Source: Deltaproteobacteria bacterium (GTDB lineage: Bacteria; Desulfobacterota; Deferrimicrobia; Deferrimicrobiales; Deferrimicrobiaceae). From it: DNA of 64,000 nt. This document shows positions 58,289-64,000 of the stretch, in pieces. The notes beneath the pieces were generated by a model. The model was not told where the DNA came from and searched no databases. It was given only the letters and a program-made list of their open reading frames with translations. The DNA lies in NCBI GenBank assembly GCA_016234845.1, contig JACRNP010000090.1, positions 3,434 to 67,433 on the forward strand, written 5' to 3'. Every line of letters begins with the position of its first letter. Position 1 is the first letter of the stretch. The position numbers and the translations under genes are program-made.

Positions 58289-60856
58289 TCAGTGGATTTC
58301 CCCCCAGTTCCTTCCGCGGCTCATGGAGACGGTCACCGGAACGGCCAGCCTGGCGGCCCCCTCCATCGCCCCCTGGAGGATGCGCTCCGCGTCCGCCGCC
58401 TCCCGCCCGGGCGCCTCCACGATCAGTTCGTCGTGCACCTGGAGGATCAGCCGGGCGTCCATCCCCGCCTCCCGGAACTCCCGGTCCACGCGGATCATGG
58501 CGATCTTGATGAGGTCGGCCGCGCTTCCCTGGATCGGCGAGTTGACCGCCACCCGTTCCGCCGCCTCCCGGAGGACCCTGTTCCCGGAATCGATGTCCCG
58601 GATGTACCTCCGCCTCCCCAGGATGGTCGAAACATACCCCTTGTTTCGGGCCGTTGCCTTCACATCCGCAATGTAGTCCCTGACCCCGGGGTACCGGTCG
58701 AAATACTGGTCGATGTACGCCTTCGCCTCCTTCCCGCCGATCCCCAGCTCGCGGGAAAGGCCGAAAGGGCTCATTCCGTACACGATGCCGAAGTTGATCG
58801 TCTTCGCCCGCTGGCGAAGCTCCGGGCCCACCTCGGACGGGGCCAACCCGAACACCGCCGCGGCGGTCGCCGTGTGGATGTCGTCGCCGTCCCGGAAGCG
58901 GCGGATCAGCTCCGCGTCGCCGGACAAGTGCGCCAGCAGGCGGAGCTCCACCTGCGAGTAGTCCGCCCCGATCAGCAGGTTCCCCGGGTCCGCCACGAAT
59001 CCGGCGCGGATCCGCCTCCCCAGCTCCGTCCGGATGGGGATGTTCTGGAGGTTGGGGTCCGAGGAGGAGAGCCGCCCCGTGGCGGCCTGCGTCTGGTGGA
59101 ACGTCGTGTGGATCCTCCCGTCCGCCGGGTCGACCATCCCGGGGAGGACGTCCACGTAGGTGGAACGGATCTTCGCGAAGGTCCGGTACGAGAGCACGAG
59201 CGCCGGGATCTCGTGCCGGTCCTTCAACGCCTCCAGCACCTCGACGTCCGTCGAGAACCCGGTCTTGGTCCTCTTGACGGGGGGAAGCGAGAGCTTCTCG
59301 AACAGGAGGAACGCGAGCTGCTTCGGCGAATTGATGTTGAACTCCGGTCCCGCGGCGGTTGCCACCTTCCGCTCGATCGCGCCGATCTCCGCGGCAAGCT
59401 CCGCGGACAACGCGCGGAACACCGCGGGGTCGATCCGGATCCCCCGCTCCTCCATCCGGTGAAGAACCGGGAGCAGCGGCATGTCGACCTCGCGGAAAAC
59501 CTCATCGAGCCCCGCCTCGGAGAGCCTTCCCCCGAGCGCTTCCCCCAGCGCGAGGATCGCCGCCGCGCGGTCGGCGGCGCGCCCCTCGGCCGAATCGTCT
59601 TCCGCGGCCGACAGGGACGACGGAAGGTAGCGGGCGCGCAGCTTCGGAAACGTCGGCGTCCCCTCGTCCGGCTCGAGGAGGTACCCTGCCACCACGACGT
59701 CGAACAGGCGCAGATCCTCCTTCCCCGCGGCTCCCCTGCGGTAGAGCGACTTCCCGTCCGCGACGTACACCGTGATCCCGCGGGCGCAAAGCGCGCGCGC
59801 CGCGGCGGCGGCCTCGCCCGACGGCAGGACGAACACGCCGTCCCCGGGGATGGCGATCCCGGCGCGCGTCTCCCGCTCCCCGTCGAACGCCAGCCCCGCC
59901 GCGGACGGCCTTTCTCCGCGCATCGCCGCCGGGAGCGCCTCCGCCGCACCCACGTACTTCCACGCCGCGCCCCCGGCGACCCGCGATTCGCCCGGCGAGG
60001 GGGCGTCGCCCGGCAGGTCCAGCTCCGCGAGGAGCTTGCGGAAGCCGAGGCGGCGGAACAGGGGCGCGATCCGCGACGCGTCGATCCCCCCGGGAGCCAG
60101 GTCGGAGATCTTTTCCCGGACCGGGACCTCCCGGTCGATCGTGACGAGGCGCAGGCACATCCGCGCGACGTCGGCGTTCTTCTCGATCTTCTCCCGCCGG
60201 CTTCCTTTCAGTTGCTCCGTACCGGCGAGCACCGCGTCGAGCGAGCCGAAACGGCGGATGAGCTCCCCCGCCGTCTTCTCCCCGATCCCCGGAACGCCGG
60301 GGACGTTGTCGGACGGGTCGCCCGACAGCGCGAGCAGCTCCGCCACCTTTCCCGGCGGCACCCCGAACGTCGCGACGACCTGCTCCTCCCCCACCGTGTG
60401 CTCCCTGAGCCCGTCCCGCACCTTCACCCGCCCGGAGACCAGCTGGTACAGATCCTTGTCGGAGGAGACGATCACCACGTCCATCCCCCTCTCCTCCGCG
60501 GCGCGGGAGAGGGTCCCGATGACGTCGTCCGCCTCCACGCCGGGAACCGTGATCCGCCGGACTCCCAGCGCGTCGATCATCTCGTTCACGAGAGGGATCT
60601 GGGCCGCCAGCTCCTCGGGGGCCTTCAGGCGATTCGCCTTGTATTCGGGATAGAGCTCGTGACGCGGCGTCGGTTCCCGCGAGTCGAACACCGCGGCGAC
60701 GGCGTCGGGCTTCTCCTGCCGGAGGATCTTGAGGACGATCCGGGCGACGCCCAGGACCGCGTTGGTCGGCGTCCCGTCGGGGGCCGAGAGCCGCGGAACG
60801 CCGTAGAAGGTCCTGTAGAGGACGTTATGCCCGTCGATCAGAAAGAGGGAGGCCAT
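58289..60856 (-). CDS. polA: DNA polymerase I
   Basis: LIDGHN, EADDVIG, GDPSDNVPGV, TGRLSSSDPNLQNIP, DYSQVELR, AKTINFGIVYG, LQVHDEL. Confidence 0.97.
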   Translation of the reverse strand: MASLFLIDGHNVLYRTFYGVPRLSAPDGTPTNAVLGVARIVLKILRQEKPDAVAAVFDSREPTPRHELYPEYKANRLKAPEELAAQIPLVNEMIDALGVRRITVPGVEADDVIGTLSRAAEERGMDVVIVSSDKDLYQLVSGRVKVRDGLREHTVGEEQVVATFGVPPGKVAELLALSGDPSDNVPGVPGIGEKTAGELIRRFGSLDAVLAGTEQLKGSRREKIEKNADVARMCLRLVTIDREVPVREKISDLAPGGIDASRIAPLFRRLGFRKLLAELDLPGDAPSPGESRVAGGAAWKYVGAAEALPAAMRGERPSAAGLAFDGERETRAGIAIPGDGVFVLPSGEAAAAARALCARGITVYVADGKSLYRRGAAGKEDLRLFDVVVAGYLLEPDEGTPTFPKLRARYLPSSLSAAEDDSAEGRAADRAAAILALGEALGGRLSEAGLDEVFREVDMPLLPVLHRMEERGIRIDPAVFRALSAELAAEIGAIERKVATAAGPEFNINSPKQLAFLLFEKLSLPPVKRTKTGFSTDVEVLEALKDRHEIPALVLSYRTFAKIRSTYVDVLPGMVDPADGRIHTTFHQTQAATGRLSSSDPNLQNIPIRTELGRRIRAGFVADPGNLLIGADYSQVELRLLAHLSGDAELIRRFRDGDDIHTATAAAVFGLAPSEVGPELRQRAKTINFGIVYGMSPFGLSRELGIGGKEAKAYIDQYFDRYPGVRDYIADVKATARNKGYVSTILGRRRYIRDIDSGNRVLREAAERVAVNSPIQGSAADLIKIAMIRVDREFREAGMDARLILQVHDELIVEAPGREAADAERILQGAMEGAARLAVPVTVSMSRGRNWGEIH

Positions 60857-61310
60857 CGGACGCCTGCCGGTGCTCCACCACCAGCGTCTCGGCGAAGGTG
60901 TCCCCCGCCCGCTGTCCATCCGGGTCGTAGAACCCGAGATACGTCTCCACGAGCAGGACCGCGAACCCGATGGTGTAGGCGAGGAAGGGGCCGATCACCG
61001 GGACGAGATGGAGGACGAACGGCGCCGACACCGTGAGGTTGCGCATCAGGGACGAGGGGAAGTCCATCCCCTCCCGGTCGATCCGCACCACCTTCAGCCC
61101 CGTGAGCCACTTCCCCGGGCTGCGCCCCCCCGGGAACCCGTCGCACATGAGGATGTAGAACAGGGAAGCGAACACCCCGGCGGCGCCGGGGATGTGCCAC
61201 AGCGACATCGCGACGATCAGGTCCGCGGACTTCCCCACGACCCTCGCGAGGTACCGCGCGCGCCGGGCGTCCTTGAAGAACTCCCGCTGCTCCTCCCAGC
61301 GCACCGGCAC
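60825..61310 (-). CDS. RDD family membrane protein
   Basis: R...DL, GRSPGKWLTGLKVV, RN, QRAGDTFAETLVV. Confidence 0.85.
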   Translation of the reverse strand: MPVRWEEQREFFKDARRARYLARVVGKSADLIVAMSLWHIPGAAGVFASLFYILMCDGFPGGRSPGKWLTGLKVVRIDREGMDFPSSLMRNLTVSAPFVLHLVPVIGPFLAYTIGFAVLLVETYLGFYDPDGQRAGDTFAETLVVEHRQASDGLPLSDRRA

Positions 61311-61313
61311 CGG

Positions 61314-61520
61314 TCAGCCTCCCCGCGTCGTTTCGCCGGACGTGAAGAAGAGGAACGCCATCGTGGGTCGACGGCTGCCGGGCTGCGAGACGAAGTGGAT
61401 CGACTCGAACCGGAACCCCTCCGCCGTCACGCGGTTCAGCGCCTCCTCGATCGTCCGGTCGGAGACGTCCGGCAGCTCGACGACGCGGTACGGAACCGAT
61501 TCGGGCGGGAGCAAAGACAC
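61314..61520 (-). CDS. Small DUF4177-like protein
   Basis: YRVVE..IEEALNRVTAEGFRFESI..AFLFF pattern; GTG start just after hemB. Confidence 0.65.
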   Translation of the reverse strand: MSLLPPESVPYRVVELPDVSDRTIEEALNRVTAEGFRFESIHFVSQPGSRRPTMAFLFFTSGETTRGG

Positions 61521-61525
61521 CGCCG

Positions 61526-62500
61526 TCAGCCCGCGAGGATCCGCGCCGCTTCCTTCGCGGCGTAGGTAAGGACGAGGTCCGCCCCGGCGCGCTTGATCGA
61601 GACGAGGATCTCCATCATCACGCGGTCGCCGTCGATCCACCCGAGCTTCGCGCCGGCCTTCACCATCGAATACTCGCCGCTCACGTTGTACGCGGCGACG
61701 GGAAGGTCGAACGACTGCCGGACGCGGCAGATCACGTCGAGGTACGCGAGGGCGGGCTTCACCATCACGATGTCGGCCCCCTCCCGCACGTCGAGGGCGA
61801 CCTCCCGGAGCGCCTCCCGGACGTTGGGCGGGTCCATCTGGTAGGAGCGGCGGTCCCCGAAGCTCGGGGCGCTCTCCGCCGCGTCCCGGAACGGCCCGTA
61901 GAATCCGCCCGCGTACTTGGCGGCGTACGACAGGATCGGCACCTGGGAGAATCCCTCCCGGTCCAGCCCCCGGCGGATCGCCCCGACGCGCCCGTCCATC
62001 ATGTCGGAGGGGGCGACGATGTCGGCGCCGGCGCGGGCGTGGGACACCGCGCTCCGGGCCAGGATCTCCAGCGTGGCGTCGTTGTCCACGTCGCCGCCTT
62101 TCAGGATCCCGCAGTGGCCGTGGTCGGTGTATTCGCAGAAACAGACGTCGGTGATCACCATCAGGTCCGGAACGGCGTCCTTGAGCGCGCGGACCGCCGT
62201 CTGGACGATCCCGCGGTCGGAGTAGGCGTCCTTCCCCAGCGGATCCTTCTTCGCGGGGATGCCGAAGAGCAGGACGGCGGGAATGCCGAGCGCGTGGACC
62301 TCCCTCGCCTCCGCCACGAGGTTCTCCACGGAGAAGTTGAACACCCCCGGCATCGAGGGGACCTCCCGGCGGATGTTCTTCCCCGCGGCGACGAAGAGCG
62401 GGTAGATCAGGTCGTCGACGGACAGCTTCGTCTCGCGTACCATCCGCCGCAACGTCTCGTTCCGCCGAAGGCGACGTGGCCGGTATTCCGGGTACTGCAT
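61526..62500 (-). CDS. hemB: Porphobilinogen synthase
   Basis: [39 protein letters not shown]. Confidence 0.97.
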   Translation of the reverse strand: MQYPEYRPRRLRRNETLRRMVRETKLSVDDLIYPLFVAAGKNIRREVPSMPGVFNFSVENLVAEAREVHALGIPAVLLFGIPAKKDPLGKDAYSDRGIVQTAVRALKDAVPDLMVITDVCFCEYTDHGHCGILKGGDVDNDATLEILARSAVSHARAGADIVAPSDMMDGRVGAIRRGLDREGFSQVPILSYAAKYAGGFYGPFRDAAESAPSFGDRRSYQMDPPNVREALREVALDVREGADIVMVKPALAYLDVICRVRQSFDLPVAAYNVSGEYSMVKAGAKLGWIDGDRVMMEILVSIKRAGADLVLTYAAKEAARILAG

Positions 62501-62559
62501 CGCTTCCCTCCTGTCCCGCGTTTCCCCGGCGCGGCCGGCCGCGCCCCCGCCCGTTCCGT

Positions 62560-63348
62560 TCAGGGAACGCGGCCTTCCGGATGGGCGGCGAGGAACGCAA
62601 CGACGGCGTCCACCATCCCCCTCAGCGTATACGTTTCAGGCACGATGTCCACCCGGAAATCCCGCCGCGCCACGGCCCTCGCGGTCACCTCGCCGATCAC
62701 CGCGATGACGCTTTTCCCGAGCATTTCCCGGGCCGTTTCCTCCCCCAGCAGAAGGAACAGGTTGCGGAAGGCGGATGGAGAGGCGAACGTGCAGACGTCC
62801 GGGGGGAACGCCGCGATCTCCTGCGCGACGTCGTCGTCCTTTTCCGCCAGGCCGTTCCGGTAGGCGACCACCGGGACGACCTCGCCGCCCTCCCGGGCGA
62901 TCGCCTCGGGCAGGATCTCCCTCCCTTCCTCCGCACGGGGGAGCAGGAACCGCCTCCCCGCGACCCCCGAGGGCAGAAGCTCCTCGAACAGCCCTTCCCC
63001 GGTGTGCCTCGACGCGGTGAGCTGCGCCCGGATTCCGCGCGCCGCGAGCTCGCGGGTGGTCCCCGGCCCGACGCTGGCCGCCCGGACGCTCGCCGGCCAG
63101 GCGGATAATCCCAGGCGCGCCGTCCGTTCGCAGAAGAAGCGCGCCGCGTTGGCGCTGGTGAAGAGGATCCAGTCGAACGAGGAGAGCCGCCCGATCTCGC
63201 GGTCCAGCGGGCCGCAGTCGTCGGGGGGCACCAGGCGGATCGTGGGGAAGAGGACCGGCGTTCCGCCGGCGCGGCGGACGAGGGCGGCGAGCTCCCCCGC
63301 CTGCTCCACGCTGCGCGTGATGAGGATCCGTTTTCCCGAAATCGTCAT
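62560..63348 (-). CDS. hemD: Uroporphyrinogen-III synthase
   Basis: ILITRS, FTSANA, VGPGT, FASPSA; lies between hemC and hemB. Confidence 0.92.
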   Translation of the reverse strand: MTISGKRILITRSVEQAGELAALVRRAGGTPVLFPTIRLVPPDDCGPLDREIGRLSSFDWILFTSANAARFFCERTARLGLSAWPASVRAASVGPGTTRELAARGIRAQLTASRHTGEGLFEELLPSGVAGRRFLLPRAEEGREILPEAIAREGGEVVPVVAYRNGLAEKDDDVAQEIAAFPPDVCTFASPSAFRNLFLLLGEETAREMLGKSVIAVIGEVTARAVARRDFRVDIVPETYTLRGMVDAVVAFLAAHPEGRVP

Positions 63349-63352
63349 CCCG

Positions 63353-64000
63353 TCATCCGCCGCTCTGCCGGTACACCTCGTCCAGGATTTCCTTCCCGCC
63401 CCGCGAGAGGAGCTCTTCGGCCAGCGCCGCACCCAGGCCCTCCGCGTCGGAAACGGGACCGCTTCGCCCGGCGCGGAGGATCTCCGACCCGTCCGGGCGT
63501 CCGACGAGCCCGACGAGGCGGACCTCGTTCCCCTCGACCCGGCCGAACGCGGCGATCGGAACCTGGCAACCTCCCTCCAGCCGCTTCAGGAATCCCCGCT
63601 CCGCCCGCACGGCGATCGACGTCTCCCGGTCGTCGAGGAACGAGACCGCCTCCCGCGTCCCCGCGTCCCCGGAGCGGATCTCGATCCCCAGCGCCCCCTG
63701 CCCGATCGCCGGGATCGACATCTCCGCCGGGAGGTACTGGCGGATCTTCCCTTCCCACCCCAGCCGCCGAAGCCCCGCCGCCGCCAGGATGATCGCGTCG
63801 TACTGACCCTCCTCCATCTTCCGGATGCGGGTGTCGAGGTTTCCGCGCAGCTGCCCGACCGAGAGGTCCGGGCGGATCCCGAGGAGCTGCGTCTGCCGCC
63901 GCAGGGAGCTCGTTCCCACCTTCGCCCCCTTCGGAAGATCCTCGAACCGGGAATATTTCACCGACAGGAACGCGTCGCGCGGGTCCTCCCGCTTCGTGAT
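63353..64000 (-). CDS. hemC: Hydroxymethylbilane synthase (5' part outside the window)
   Basis: GTSSLRR, RGNLDTR, LAAAGL, PAIGQGAL, GGCQVPI. Confidence 0.96.
   Translation of the reverse strand: MTKREDPRDAFLSVKYSRFEDLPKGAKVGTSSLRRQTQLLGIRPDLSVGQLRGNLDTRIRKMEEGQYDAIILAAAGLRRLGWEGKIRQYLPAEMSIPAIGQGALGIEIRSGDAGTREAVSFLDDRETSIAVRAERGFLKRLEGGCQVPIAAFGRVEGNEVRLVGLVGRPDGSEILRAGRSGPVSDAEGLGAALAEELLSRGGKEILDEVYRQSGG

Noticed and set aside
1..64000. Many long overlapping or antisense ORFs in the track (e.g. 19181-22384 +, 13261-15813 +, 58142-61036 +, 27030-29660 +)
   Set aside because: Shadow ORFs typical of high-GC DNA; they lie opposite or out of frame to well-recognised genes and carry no motifs
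1..64000. CRISPR array, IS/transposase, rRNA
   Set aside because: No regularly spaced repeat-spacer pattern, transposase motifs or rRNA sequence seen by eye

Overview
High-GC, gene-dense chromosomal window whose gene order resembles Deltaproteobacteria/Desulfobacterota-like genomes (possibly Deferrimicrobiota/MBNT15; this is inference from synteny only). It is mostly housekeeping: glcD/glcF, a FadF-like Fe-S oxidoreductase, TetR/IclR/GntR regulators, and a ~28 kb co-oriented minus-strand run (gntR-selA-HNH-aroE-pilB-pilT-pilC-pilS-trmFO-GGDEF-xerC-hslV-hslU-argBDFGH-lipoprotein-lysA-dapF-dapA-dapB-FAH-folK-TPR-iclR-tetR). These are followed by radical SAM-rng-tRNA-Thr(CGT), a patch of redox/repair genes, cysK, an ECF sigma/anti-sigma locus, polA and hemBDC. 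No CRISPR array, transposase or prophage was seen. The best candidate for an undescribed system is a STAND-type P-loop NTPase fused, through a degenerate PD-(D/E)XK-like domain, to an RsbW/SpoIIAB-type anti-sigma kinase and translationally coupled to a STAS anti-anti-sigma gene (35892-38572). Other notable items: an XRE-like HTH fused to a catalytically degenerate ADP-ribosylglycohydrolase; a structured ~310 bp element at the tRNA-Thr 3' end carrying inverted and direct copies of the tRNA end; an AbiJ-like protein lacking an obvious HEPN catalytic motif; a frameshifted CCA/poly(A)-type nucleotidyltransferase; and a perfect 48 bp in-frame duplication in glcD. All calls come from motif recognition by eye; no searches were run.
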